In this document: piece after piece, positions 33,673-43,719 of the stretch
Position numbering within the stretch: position 1 is the first letter of the stretch
How the letters are laid out: each line of letters opens with the position of its first letter
Origin: Deltaproteobacteria bacterium
Lineage (GTDB): Bacteria; Myxococcota; UBA727; VGSZ01
Direction of reading: 5' to 3'
Assembly: GCA_016177705.1 (NCBI GenBank)
Contig: JACOUT010000005.1
Location: 158,374 to 222,373, forward strand
Length of the DNA stretch: 64,000 nt
Notes under the pieces: generated by a model
Databases searched by the model: none
What the model was told of the DNA's origin: nothing
The model's input: only the letters and a program-made list of their open reading frames with translations
Position numbers and translations under genes: made by a program

Positions 33673-35621
33673 TGCCCTCGGCTTGTCGCCGTTTCGCCTT
33701 GCTCGCCGCTGCGCTGGTGGCGAGCGCGCACGGCAGCGCGGCGCTGGCCGCGCCCCTCATCACGTCGGGCGCCGATGCCGCCCTCGACCTGCGGGCGGAG
33801 CGCATCCTCAAGCAGTTCCGCACCTTCAACGCGGCAGCGTTCGGGGTCTCGCTCGACGCGCGCGTCGCCGACCCGGACGACCAGGCGGCGGTGCGCGCCT
33901 TCCTGCTCGACGACGGCGCGCTCGACTTCGCCGCGTTCACGACGGCTGCCGGGCGACCGCGCAGCGCGCGTGAAGTGGTCACCGCCTTCGACGAGCACGG
34001 CGATCTCGGGATGTTCGGCGGCACCGCGGCGGCCGCCACCGCCTACCGCTACCAGGTGCTGCGCGATCAGGGCGCGCCCGCCGACGTCGTCGACGCGGCG
34101 CGCGCCGACCTGCTGCGCGCCGTCGAGACCTTCCACGTGGTGCTGTCCATCACCGGCTTCGCCGGCGGGCTCGCGCGCGGTGTCGGCCACCCCGATGACG
34201 TCGGCGCGCAGACCTTCGTGCCCTGGCCCTCGACGTGTCCGAACGCGTGGGAGCGTACCGACACCTGGCGCACGGCGCTCGACCCCGCGTTCGCCGACTG
34301 GGTGTGGCGCGACAACGGCAGCAAGGATCAGTTGCTCGGCACCGCGCTGGCGCTCGGCGCCTTCTGGGACGCGGTGGCGCTCGATCCGTCCGTCGACGCC
34401 ACCGTCAAGCAGAAGTTGCAGGACGACGCGCGCGCGCTCGGCCATGCCTTGATGGAGCAGGTCGAGGTGGCGCCCGGCGAGGCGATCGACCTCGTCATCA
34501 GAGACGGTACCGGCTGTCTGACCCGCTTCCACGATCTGAACCCGCGCGAGGTGGTGCGCTCGGGACAGGCGCCCCTGGTCTTGTCCGAGACCTCGACGTC
34601 GCAAAACGCCTTCAACGCCATGGCGGCGCTCGCCATCGTGCGCACCACCTTCCACGTCTCCGGTGACGCCGCCATCGGCGCCTACTACTACGACGAGCTG
34701 GTCGGCCGCCGTGGCTATCCCGCGTTACTGACCAGCGGCGCCGGGCGCCTCAAGTCGATGCTCGTCGACCTGTGCGTGCTCGGTAACTGCTTCGTCACCA
34801 ATTTCTCGAACGTCAACATGGCGTGGGTCGCGTTTCATCAGTTGCTGCGCGACGAGAGCGACGAGGCGCTTCGCGCGAGCTATCGCGCGGCGCTCGAGGG
34901 CGAGCTGTTCGACAACGATCGCTCGCACTGCGCCAACAACCTGCCGCAGGCCTACTTCCACCTGGTGCGCGCCGCCTTCGTCGCGCACGACGCCGCGGTG
35001 GTCGACGTGGCGGTGGCGCAGCTCGCGGCCTGGCCCGAGGCGCCGCTGTTCGAGCGCGCCGTCGAGAACTGCGATGCCGCGGAGCTTGCCAGCGGCTCGT
35101 GCGTGGCCGACGACGGCACGGCGCTCACGCTCGCCGAGGCCGACTCGTGGAACGGCTCGCCGGTGGCGACCAGCGCGCTGCCGATCGGCGTGCGACCGTC
35201 GTCGAACTTCATGTGGCGCAGCGACCCGCGCACCGTCAACGGCGGCGGGGGCGACCGGCTGAACCCGGGTGGCGACTTCCTGCTCGCCTACTGGCTCGGT
35301 CGCGCCATGCAAGGTGACACCGAAGTCGACGCCAACCGCTCGCCGGTTGCCCGCCCGTGGCCGTTCGAGGTGGACGGCGGCGTGGTGGTCGACGCAGGCG
35401 CCACCGATGCGGGCTCGATCGCCGATGGCGGCGCGCCGGCCGACGGCGGTGCAGGCACCGACGGTGGCGCTGCTGCCGACGCGGGATCGCCAACCGGGGA
35501 CGCGGGCCCGGTTGATGACGCGCCCGTCGGCTGCGGCTGTGGCGCGGTGCCGGCGATGGCCCCGCTGCCGCTCGCGCTCGCGATCCTCGTCGTCACGCGG
35601 CGGCGACGCACGCGCTCATAG
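33673..35621 (+). CDS. Secreted protein with a C-terminal MYXO-CTERM-type sorting signal
   Basis: It has a signal peptide ([19 protein letters not shown]). A Gly/Asp/Ala-rich linker follows. The C-terminal tail is [30 protein letters not shown] (Cys motif, TM, basic tail). Confidence 0.6.
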
Positions 35622-36878
35622 GCTCGCGACGATCTCGGTCGCGTTGCGCTCGCCCTCGCGCCTGCCGATGGCAGCGGCCGCACGTCGAGCCGCGTCGCGG
35701 AAGGCCGGCTGCTCGAGGAGGCGCCGCAGCGCCATGCGCAGCTCATCGGTGGAGGACTTGGGGCTCAGCGACAAGCCGGCGCCCAAGGCGGCGACGCGCG
35801 CCGCGTTGTCGTTCTGATCGCGTCCGAGCGGCAAGCACAACATCGGCACGCCCGCGGCCAGGCCCTTGATGGTGGTGCCGTGACCCGCGTGGGTGACCAG
35901 CACCGAGGTGGACGGCAGCACCTGCGCATGCGGCACGGATGGCACGACCGCGACGTCTCCGCGCGCCGGCACCTCGTCGACGCGCACGGTGGGACCGAGC
36001 GTCACGAGCCCTCGCACCGGCAGGGAGGCGAGCACCTCGACCAGGCGGCGCAGCAGCTCGACGTGGTTCTGGAAGGTCGACGACATGCCGACCAGCACGA
36101 GCGGGCGCTTGTCGTCGGCGGGCCACGGTGAGGCCCAGGGCGCGCACCACGTCGGGTCGCCCAGGCGCGGGCCGATCCAGTGCACGTCGTTCGGCGCGCC
36201 CTGGCCGCCGTGATCGAACACCCTCGAGGTGAACACGATCTTCGCCTTGGCCTTGCGGAGTTGGTCGAAGGTGTGCGCCACCGGCGTCAGGCCGTGGTGA
36301 GTACGCACGCGGTTCACGTGCGGCACGAAGCCGTCGAACACCTTCTCGAACAGCCAGCGCAACATGGCGTCACGCGCGCCCTCGAGCGGCCCGGGCACGC
36401 GCAGCATGGCCGCGCCGCTCGGCCGCATGCCCGGCGTCGGCACCATGTAGGGCATGGTGAACAGCGCGGCGCTCGGTAGAGCGCGCACCTCGGCGGCGAG
36501 CACGCCCCATGGGATCATGCAGTCGCTCAACACCAGATCCGCGCGGTGCGCGTCGATGGCAGCGAGCGCGTCGGCCGTCCACTCCAGGCCGGGCTGGTAG
36601 AGGTAACCGCCGAGCGTCTCCTTCAGGTAGGTGCGCCGGCTCTTGGCCGCGTAGTCGGTCAGGATGTCGGCGCTGCGATCGCGCGTGGTACGGTGCGGCG
36701 CCGACGTCCACGGCCGGAACGAGCAACCGGCGGCGCGTGCCTCGGCCTCGATGGTCGGATCGCCGAGCACACAGACATCGTGGCCGGCCTTGATCAGCTC
36801 GCCGGCCAGCTCCATCTCCGGCGGCACCACACCACCGCCGTCCCACAGCATGAGCACGATACGCCTCGCCTTGGTCAT
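35616..36878 (-). CDS. GT1 glycosyltransferase of the MGT/UDP-glucuronosyl-glucosyl family
   Basis: A C-terminal UDPGT-like nucleotide-sugar binding region is present ([35 protein letters not shown]). The start is the ATG at 36878, preceded by GGAGGAAG. Confidence 0.8.
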   Translation of the reverse strand: MTKARRIVLMLWDGGGVVPPEMELAGELIKAGHDVCVLGDPTIEAEARAAGCSFRPWTSAPHRTTRDRSADILTDYAAKSRRTYLKETLGGYLYQPGLEWTADALAAIDAHRADLVLSDCMIPWGVLAAEVRALPSAALFTMPYMVPTPGMRPSGAAMLRVPGPLEGARDAMLRWLFEKVFDGFVPHVNRVRTHHGLTPVAHTFDQLRKAKAKIVFTSRVFDHGGQGAPNDVHWIGPRLGDPTWCAPWASPWPADDKRPLVLVGMSSTFQNHVELLRRLVEVLASLPVRGLVTLGPTVRVDEVPARGDVAVVPSVPHAQVLPSTSVLVTHAGHGTTIKGLAAGVPMLCLPLGRDQNDNAARVAALGAGLSLSPKSSTDELRMALRRLLEQPAFRDAARRAAAAIGRREGERNATEIVASL

Positions 36879-37483
36879 CGCTTCCTCCTTGGTACCGACG
36901 GGTTCGTCCACGACGCCACCAGCGCGTCGAGCAGCGTGCGCAGCACGCCGGTCGCGGCCTTGCGATCGAAGCCGAGCGCGTGGCGCACTGTCCACCAGCA
37001 GCGCACCTCGGTGGCCCAAAACAACGCACCGAGGCGCTGACTGCGCACGCGGCCGCGCGCCGGCAGCCAGGGCGCAAAGGCGCGCGCCAGCCACTCTCGG
37101 TGACTCTTGCGCGCGCGATCGACCCAGGCGCGCATCGCCGGGTAGCGGAGCTCGGCGTCGCCGTTCTTGACCACGCGATCGGCGATCAGCTCGTAGCGCT
37201 GCGCCAGCACCTCGACGACGGCACCGACGTCGCCCACCGGCACCTCGCGTTCGCCCTCCTCGCGGCCGACGGCGACCTCCATGCACGCGCGCAGCAGGCC
37301 GTCCTTGTTGCCGAAGTAGCGCACCACCGACTTGAGCGAGAGGCCGGCGTGATTCGCGACGGCCTGCAGCGTGATGGCATCGAGCCCCCCCTCGAGCCAC
37401 AGCGCGATGGCGGCGTCGGCCGCTGCCTGGCGGCGGTCCTCGAGTGCGCGCGCACGCAGCTGTTGGCGGTAGCGGCGAACCAT
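36875..37483 (-). CDS. TetR-family transcriptional regulator
   Basis: It has the TetR HTH (ITLQAVANHAGLSLKSVVRYFGNKDGLL). Its stop overlaps the glycosyltransferase start (ATGA). Confidence 0.75.
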   Translation of the reverse strand: MVRRYRQQLRARALEDRRQAAADAAIALWLEGGLDAITLQAVANHAGLSLKSVVRYFGNKDGLLRACMEVAVGREEGEREVPVGDVGAVVEVLAQRYELIADRVVKNGDAELRYPAMRAWVDRARKSHREWLARAFAPWLPARGRVRSQRLGALFWATEVRCWWTVRHALGFDRKAATGVLRTLLDALVASWTNPSVPRRKR

Positions 37484-37592
37484 TTCGTGACCATAGTATG
37501 GACACGAAAGAGTGTCGAGCGCGGATCCGCGGCGTCGCGCCTCGGCGCGTCGGCGAGCTGCTCCGTCGTCGCGCGGCTCGCGCGACGGGCGG

Positions 37593-38564
37593 TCAGTTGC
37601 TCTTTTGGCCCCAGGTGGTCTCCGCCTCGATCGCGGGCTTGGCTCGATCGACCGTGATCGGCGGCAGCGCGGCGGTCTTGGTGCGGCCCGTCGCGTCGGT
37701 GACGTCGACGGCGAGCTGGTTCTGCCCGTCCTTGAGCGGCACCTTGACCTGGAAGCGCCCCTTGTCGTCGACCCTGGCGACCTGTTCGCCGACGCTGACG
37801 ACGCTGCCGGGATCGGCGGCGCCGCTGACGGTCGTCGACAGCTCGCGCGTCTTCTGCGGTCCGAGCGCGCCCACCTTGAGGAACAGGCTCGACGGGATGG
37901 GACGCGGCGCCGACGGCGCGCCCCCCGTCACTGCCGACGTCTCACCGGCCGCGACCTCCACGGTGCTGCCGGCCGCGCTCAGCTTGACCGAGCCGGTCGA
38001 GGTGGCGACCGCCAACTGGCCGGAGCCGTCGGTGACGACGCCGAACTGGCCGCCGGCCGACTCGGCCTCCGCATCGGAGCCGCGCGCCTGCACGCGCAGC
38101 ACCCGCTTGCCGCCCTCGTCGACGCTGGCGGTGACGTGGCCTTGGTCGAGGCGGATCTTTGACACCTCCGCCGAGAGCTCGCGCACGGTGAATTCCGAGC
38201 GCGGGCTCAGCCGCACCTCGACGCCGTCGCCGAGGCGCAAGGTGGCCTCGGACGCGCGACCGGCGCGCACGCTGTCGTCGCTGGCGAGGCGTTGCCCCAC
38301 GGCCGCGTCGGCCCAACCGCCCTGCGCCGCACGTGCCTGCACGCTGCCGCGCAGCGCCGTGATCTCGGCGCGCGCGTCGACCGGCGCGGCGACGCCGCCG
38401 TCGCTCACGGCGGGGCTCGAGACGCTTGGCGCGGTGCCGGCGTCGAGCAGCACGGTGACCTTGCCGTTGGCCTGCTCGATGCCCACGGTGCGGCCGTAGA
38501 TGACCCACGCGACCGCCACCACGGCCACCATCAGCGCCACGGCAACCACGACGGAGCGGGTCAC
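37593..38564 (-). CDS. FecR-like anti-sigma-type membrane protein
   Basis: It has an N-terminal TM (VVVAVALMVAVVAVAWVIY). The periplasmic region is Ser/Ala/Gly-rich and beta-rich. It is coupled to the upstream response regulator by a 4-nt overlap. Confidence 0.45.
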   Translation of the reverse strand: MTRSVVVAVALMVAVVAVAWVIYGRTVGIEQANGKVTVLLDAGTAPSVSSPAVSDGGVAAPVDARAEITALRGSVQARAAQGGWADAAVGQRLASDDSVRAGRASEATLRLGDGVEVRLSPRSEFTVRELSAEVSKIRLDQGHVTASVDEGGKRVLRVQARGSDAEAESAGGQFGVVTDGSGQLAVATSTGSVKLSAAGSTVEVAAGETSAVTGGAPSAPRPIPSSLFLKVGALGPQKTRELSTTVSGAADPGSVVSVGEQVARVDDKGRFQVKVPLKDGQNQLAVDVTDATGRTKTAALPPITVDRAKPAIEAETTWGQKSN

Positions 38565-39307
38565 GCGGCGGCCCCCGTCGGCAGCAGCGCGGGATCGACC
38601 ACGGCGCCCCCGCCGGCGTCAATCAGCGCGACCACATCGGAGAAGGAGACCCCGGCGTCGAGCAGTACCAGGGAGCTTCCGCCCCTGCGCCGAGCGAGGG
38701 CGCTCAGGTCCTCGACGCGGCCGGCCACCAGGCCGGTCTGGCCGCTTGCGGGCATCCGGTCGACGTCGACGATGCGGGCGCCGGCGCCGGTGAGCGCGGC
38801 GCGCGCCTGCGCGGCGCGGCGCGCATCGTCGAGCAACAGCGCCACCGGCAGCGCGGCGGGCAGCGACACCTGCAGGCCTGCGAGCGCCTGCGCGACGCGC
38901 CGCGCGGTCGCGGCTGCGGCACGCCGAGGCGGCAGGTCGGACCCCAGCAAGCGCTCGACGTGCTCGACCGCCGCCGACAGCGAGCGAAAGGGCTTGACCA
39001 GGTAGCCGTCGCCGTCGTTGGCCAGCACCGCGAGCGCGCTCTCGCGGCTCGGGTAGCCCGTGACCATGACGAAGCCGATCTCCGGCCAGCGCGTTCGCAA
39101 CTGCGCCAGCAGGTCGATGCCGCTCATGGCGGGGAGGTTCTTGTCGCACAGCACCATGTCGACGCCGCCGCGCTCGAGGTGCTCGAGCGCCTGTTCGGCG
39201 GTGGCCACGCCGTCGACCCTATGACCGCTGTCACCCAGCACCGAGCCCAGGATGCGTTGCAGCGTGGGCTCGTCCTCGACGAGCAGCAGGTTCTTGCCGG
39301 CGGCCAT
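38561..39307 (-). CDS. Response regulator (receiver plus uncharacterised C-terminal domain)
   Basis: From the ATG at 39307 the receiver domain reads LLLVEDEPTLQRIL...MVLCDKNLPAMSGIDLL...YLVKPF. Confidence 0.7.
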   Translation of the reverse strand: MAAGKNLLLVEDEPTLQRILGSVLGDSGHRVDGVATAEQALEHLERGGVDMVLCDKNLPAMSGIDLLAQLRTRWPEIGFVMVTGYPSRESALAVLANDGDGYLVKPFRSLSAAVEHVERLLGSDLPPRRAAAATARRVAQALAGLQVSLPAALPVALLLDDARRAAQARAALTGAGARIVDVDRMPASGQTGLVAGRVEDLSALARRRGGSSLVLLDAGVSFSDVVALIDAGGGAVVDPALLPTGAAA

Positions 39308-39534
39308 GCTCGAGGCGACTCTAGCCGATTCACCTACGGGCGCGCCGTGCCCGTGCGCTCGGTCGGGGGATGTCGGACCGACGCCCCTGTCGCCTCCATG
39401 TCTCGCCTCGGCTACCCGATGGCCAGGCCCACTCTGGGCGCGGTAGGTGTAGTGGATGCCTCCGGCGGGGATCGCACCGCTCGCCAGGGGAGAACGAAAC
39501 GTCGGTGCACGCAGGCACAAGAGTCCGAGGGAAT

Positions 39535-40018
39535 CGTGGGAAACCGCCTCTACGTTGGAAACCTTCCGTACAACCTCACTGAAGAGCAACTGCGGGCCGC
39601 GTTCGCGCCGCACGGCGACGTGGTCTCGGCCAGCGTCGTGATGGACCGCGCCACCGGACGATCGCGCGGCTTCGGCTTCGTCGAGATGGCGACGCCCGAC
39701 GCCGCGGCCAAGGCGACACAGGCGATGAACGGCGCGCTGCTCGAGGGACGACCGCTGACGGTGAACGAGGCGCGCGAGCGGGCGCCGCGTGGGCCGGGCG
39801 GGCCGCGCTCCTTCGACCGCGGCGACCGCGGCGGCGGCTTCGGCGGCGACCGCGGCGGCGGCTTCGGCGGCGACCGTGGCGGCGATCGCGGCGGCGACCG
39901 TGGCGGCTTCGGCGGCGACTACGGCGGCGCTGACCGCGGCCGTGGGCGTCGTGACCGCGATCGCAGCGACCGCGACCGCGACGGCGGTGGCGGCGGCGGC
40001 GGACGCGGTCGCTGGTAG
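39535..40018 (+). CDS. Glycine-rich RNA-binding protein with a single RRM
   Basis: It has RNP-2 (LYVGNL) and RNP-1 (RGFGFVEM). The C-terminal tail is RGG/GGDRGG-repeat-rich. The GTG start at 39535 is preceded by GAGGGAAT. Confidence 0.8.
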
Positions 40019-40078
40019 CGAAACGACCGAGCCAGTCGACGATCCCCGTCGCACCCGACGGGGATCTCAGGTGTGGCC

Positions 40079-42004
40079 TCACACCAGGTGCAGCGTCTCC
40101 CGCGTGGCCGGGAAGGTCAGCCGGAAGCTCGCGCCCTTGCCGGGCGCGCTCTCGACGCTGATGCGCCCGCCGTGCTCCTCCACGATGCGGTGCACGATGG
40201 CGAGCCCCATGCCCTTGTTGCCCTTGCTCGCGCGCGTCGTGAAGAAGGGCTCGAAGATGCGCTCCTTCATCGGCTCGGGGATGCCCTGACCGGTGTCGTC
40301 GACGACGATCTTGACCAGGCGCCCGTCCACCGCCTCGGTGCGCACCGTCAACGTGCCGCCGTCCGGCATGGCGTCCTTGGCGTTGGTCAGAAGCTGCATC
40401 ACCGCCTGCTGCAGCTCGGAGACCTTGCCGCGCACCTTGGGTAGGCCGCTCGCGAGCTCCTTCTTGACCGAGATGCGCTGCGCGATGATGGGCCGCGCCA
40501 GCAATGCCACCGCGCCATCGACGACCTGATTGAGGTCGATGGTGCCGGCCGCCTGGCCCGCCTGATCCTGCGAGAGCTTGAGCAGCGAGTCGACGATGTC
40601 CTTGATGCGCAGGGCCTCCCGCTCGATGTCCTGCAGGTGCGTGCGCACGCGCGTGTCGCTCTTGTCGGCGCGCAGGAGCGCGAGCTGCGCCGAGCCGAGC
40701 ACGCCGGCGAGCGGGTTGTTGATCTCGTGCGCCACGCCGGCGCCGAGCTCGCCCACCGCCGCCATCTTCTGGCTCTGGATGAGCTGACCCTGGGCTTCCT
40801 TCAGCTCGCGCGTGCGGTCATCGACCTTCTTCTGCAGCTCCTCGTTGAACGAGCGCAGTTGGCTGGTGTAGCCGTCGATGTCGTCGGCCATCTTGTTGAA
40901 GGCGCCGGCCAGCTCACCGATCTCGTCGCTGCCGAGGTCGGGCGCGCGCGCCTCGAGGTCACCCTTCTGGCCGCCGCCGGCGAAGCGCCGCACGATGGCG
41001 GTCAGCCGCTCGACGGGCCGCGCGATACCGCGGGCCAGCACGGTACCGGCGATGAGCGCGAGCATGAGCGCGGTGGCGACCCAGAAAAGTGTTCGGCGGC
41101 TCAAGGCCTGCACGTCGGCGAGCGCGTCCGCGCGATCGCGCTCGACCACCACACCCCAGGTCTTGCCGTCGGGCGCCGCCAGGCGCGAGGCGCGCGCGTA
41201 GGCGATCAGCGTCCGTGCGTCCTTGCCGCCGTCGATCGCGGCGGAGCTCGGTGCGCGCGGGTCGGCCAGGCGCAGCGCGCCCTCCGAGGTGACGGGCGCG
41301 CGCGCGAGCGCGGTGGCGCGCGTGGTGTGGCACACGGCGCGGCCTTCCAGGTCGACCAACGCGGCGCTGAAGCGCTCGTCGGCCGCCTCCTCGAAGCGCT
41401 GGTTCAGCCCGCGCAGCGACACCTCGACCGCGACCACCCAGGGGCGCTCCTTGCCCGCGGCGTCACGCTTGCCGGGGACGCGCACCGCCAGCGCGATCAG
41501 GGGCGCGCCACGTGCGGCGTCGGCGTAGGGGACGCTCACGGCCTTACCGGTCGCGAGCGCGTCGGCGAGCGGCACGTGCTGCGCGAACGCGTCGACCGCG
41601 CTCGCGGGGAAGGGCTCGTGACCTGCCAGGCCCGGCTCGTCGGACGCCTCGGCCTGAAACACGGGGTCGACCACCGCCTCACCGGTCTCGCCGTCGATGA
41701 GCGCGACCGCCGCGCGGGTGGCGTCGCCTCGGTAGATGACCCACAAGGCGCCCGCGATCTCGTCGTTCGACAGCGCGTGCAGTCCGAGGTTGGCCGCCTG
41801 TCGCAGATCCTCCAGGCCGCCGATGATGGTGGTCTCGCCCACCTCGGCGAGGTGGCGCGCCTCGGCCTCGAGCTTGTCGGAGGCGGCCACGGTCACGGCG
41901 TTTCGCGCCAGCACGACGCTGGTGATGCCGCTGACGGCGACCGGCACCACGGCGACCAGCAGCACCACCAGAAGGATCTTGAGGGAGATGCGCATCCGCG
42001 CCAT
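40079..42004 (-). CDS. Sensor histidine kinase with periplasmic sensor, HAMP, HisKA and HATPase domains
   Basis: There is an N-terminal TM, a periplasmic region and a second TM. A HAMP domain follows. The H-box (AHEINNPL) and G-boxes (DDTGQGIP, GMGLAI) are present. Confidence 0.8.
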   Translation of the reverse strand: MARMRISLKILLVVLLVAVVPVAVSGITSVVLARNAVTVAASDKLEAEARHLAEVGETTIIGGLEDLRQAANLGLHALSNDEIAGALWVIYRGDATRAAVALIDGETGEAVVDPVFQAEASDEPGLAGHEPFPASAVDAFAQHVPLADALATGKAVSVPYADAARGAPLIALAVRVPGKRDAAGKERPWVVAVEVSLRGLNQRFEEAADERFSAALVDLEGRAVCHTTRATALARAPVTSEGALRLADPRAPSSAAIDGGKDARTLIAYARASRLAAPDGKTWGVVVERDRADALADVQALSRRTLFWVATALMLALIAGTVLARGIARPVERLTAIVRRFAGGGQKGDLEARAPDLGSDEIGELAGAFNKMADDIDGYTSQLRSFNEELQKKVDDRTRELKEAQGQLIQSQKMAAVGELGAGVAHEINNPLAGVLGSAQLALLRADKSDTRVRTHLQDIEREALRIKDIVDSLLKLSQDQAGQAAGTIDLNQVVDGAVALLARPIIAQRISVKKELASGLPKVRGKVSELQQAVMQLLTNAKDAMPDGGTLTVRTEAVDGRLVKIVVDDTGQGIPEPMKERIFEPFFTTRASKGNKGMGLAIVHRIVEEHGGRISVESAPGKGASFRLTFPATRETLHLV

Positions 42005-42015
42005 GACTCTAGCCC

Positions 42016-42549
42016 ATGGCGAAACCCAAGCTCACCCACGTCGACGACCAGGGTCGTGTCCACATGGTCGACGTGTCGGACAAGGCCGAGACCGAGCGGG
42101 TGGCGGTGGCGCGGGCCACGCTCCGCTGCAAGAAGGCGACGCGGGACGCCATCGTCGGCGGCACCCTGAAGAAGGGCGAAGCCATGGCGACCGCCAAGGT
42201 CGCCGCTATCCTCGCCGCCAAGCGCACCGGCGAGCTGATTCCTTTGTGCCACCCGCTGCCGCTCACCGACGTACAGGTTGTGCTGACGCCGGTGGCTGCC
42301 GGTATCGCCATCGAGGCCATGGCGAAGACCGTCGGACGCACCGGCGTCGAGATGGAGGCGATGGTGGCGTGCAGTGTCGCCGGTCTGGTGCTCTACGACA
42401 TGGCCAAGGCCGCCGAGCGCGGCATGGTGCTCGACCAGGTGCGCTTGGTGGAGAAACGCGGCGGCAAGAGCGGCCATTGGCGCAGGGCGGGAGAACGCTC
42501 GTCAGCCCGGCGCGCGACCCACGCGCTCGGTGTCGCCGGCGGCCGGTAG
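42016..42549 (+). CDS. moaC: Cyclic pyranopterin monophosphate synthase
   Basis: It carries MoaC family signatures (THVDDQGRVHMVDVSDK, KGEAMATAKVAAILAAKRTGELIPLCHPL, MEAMVACSVAGLVLYDM). Confidence 0.85.
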   Translation: MAKPKLTHVDDQGRVHMVDVSDKAETERVAVARATLRCKKATRDAIVGGTLKKGEAMATAKVAAILAAKRTGELIPLCHPLPLTDVQVVLTPVAAGIAIEAMAKTVGRTGVEMEAMVACSVAGLVLYDMAKAAERGMVLDQVRLVEKRGGKSGHWRRAGERSSARRATHALGVAGGR

Positions 42550-43719
42550 GCGCCGACGCAGCTCACGCTCGAGCGGCACCGAAACCGCGCTGACCCGCTT
42601 GTGGGTCAGGCGCTCGCGCAGCCGGGCCCACAGCGGCGCCGCGCGCGGCGGCAGCTCTGCGAGCGTGGGCAACGCCAGTGAGGTGCCGTCGAGCGCGAAG
42701 GCCGCGGCCACCGTGCTCCAATAGACACGACTCGGCTCGCTCATCTTGGCCAGGTCGCCGTCGAGCACTTCGCGCAACGTGCTCGTCTCCTCGGCCCCGG
42801 GCGCGTCGGCCTGAATCAAGCACAGCGTCAACGCCAGATGCGTGCACAGCTCGACGGCGCGCCGCACCAGGCGCGGCGGCCCGTCTTCGCGCACCAGCGA
42901 CAGGAGCGCGAGCGCGAGCGGCGGCCCGGTGACCTCGACGCCGACATCAACCAGTCGATCGACGACGGCTCGGGCCAGCGCACGATCCTCGAGCGCGTCG
43001 AGCGGCGACACTTTTTTGCCGCCGAGCTTGTAGGGCAGCACCAGCGAGAAGCCGAGCGCCTTCTGCGCCGGATCGCCGAGCAGCCACAGCCTCGTCATCG
43101 GCGAGACATCGAGCAGCGCCACCATCAGCGCAGCGCGGGCCACTCGCAGCTCCTCCTCGCCGGCCGAGAGCGCGAGCTTCCACATCGGGGTCTTGCGGCG
43201 GTCGACGTTGACGCGGCGCACGCCCGGCCACGCGGTCAGGCGCTTGGGGACGTCTGCGCCGTAAAACGACGCGTTGCCGGTCCACCATTTGACGTGCACG
43301 TCGGTGCGCGTGGTGCCGAAGGCACGCCCGACCACCAAGTGGCGCGTCAGCAGTCGCCCGGCGTCGAACGTGTGCGGCAGCGCCAGCACCTCCTGCGCTG
43401 CGGCGCGGCAGAACAGGTGTGCGCGCGCGTAGAAGGAGCTGGCCTGCGGGTGCGTGCAGGCGAACAGCTCGTGCACGGCGTAGAGCAGGGTGCCGGCGTC
43501 CTCGTCGAAGGGCGCCGGCGTCAGGTCGGCCAGGTGCGCCGCCTCCTCAATCTGGCGCTCGCACGCGTCGGCGAGGGCAGTGTCGACGGAGAGGCCGTTC
43601 CTGATGGCGAGCAGCCCGTCGTTGCCGAGCGGCGAGGACACGGTACAGCGCGCGCCGCGCAGGAACGGCACCCCGAAGTCCGCCGAGAAGCGCGCCAGGA
43701 GCTCGGCGTGCTTGGGCAT
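42502..43719 (-). CDS. Conserved hypothetical protein
   Basis: A 405-aa ORF with no recognisable domain. Its start abuts the stop of the upstream 572-aa hypothetical gene, so the two are a likely operon. Confidence 0.45.
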   Translation of the reverse strand: MPKHAELLARFSADFGVPFLRGARCTVSSPLGNDGLLAIRNGLSVDTALADACERQIEEAAHLADLTPAPFDEDAGTLLYAVHELFACTHPQASSFYARAHLFCRAAAQEVLALPHTFDAGRLLTRHLVVGRAFGTTRTDVHVKWWTGNASFYGADVPKRLTAWPGVRRVNVDRRKTPMWKLALSAGEEELRVARAALMVALLDVSPMTRLWLLGDPAQKALGFSLVLPYKLGGKKVSPLDALEDRALARAVVDRLVDVGVEVTGPPLALALLSLVREDGPPRLVRRAVELCTHLALTLCLIQADAPGAEETSTLREVLDGDLAKMSEPSRVYWSTVAAAFALDGTSLALPTLAELPPRAAPLWARLRERLTHKRVSAVSVPLERELRRRLPAAGDTERVGRAPG

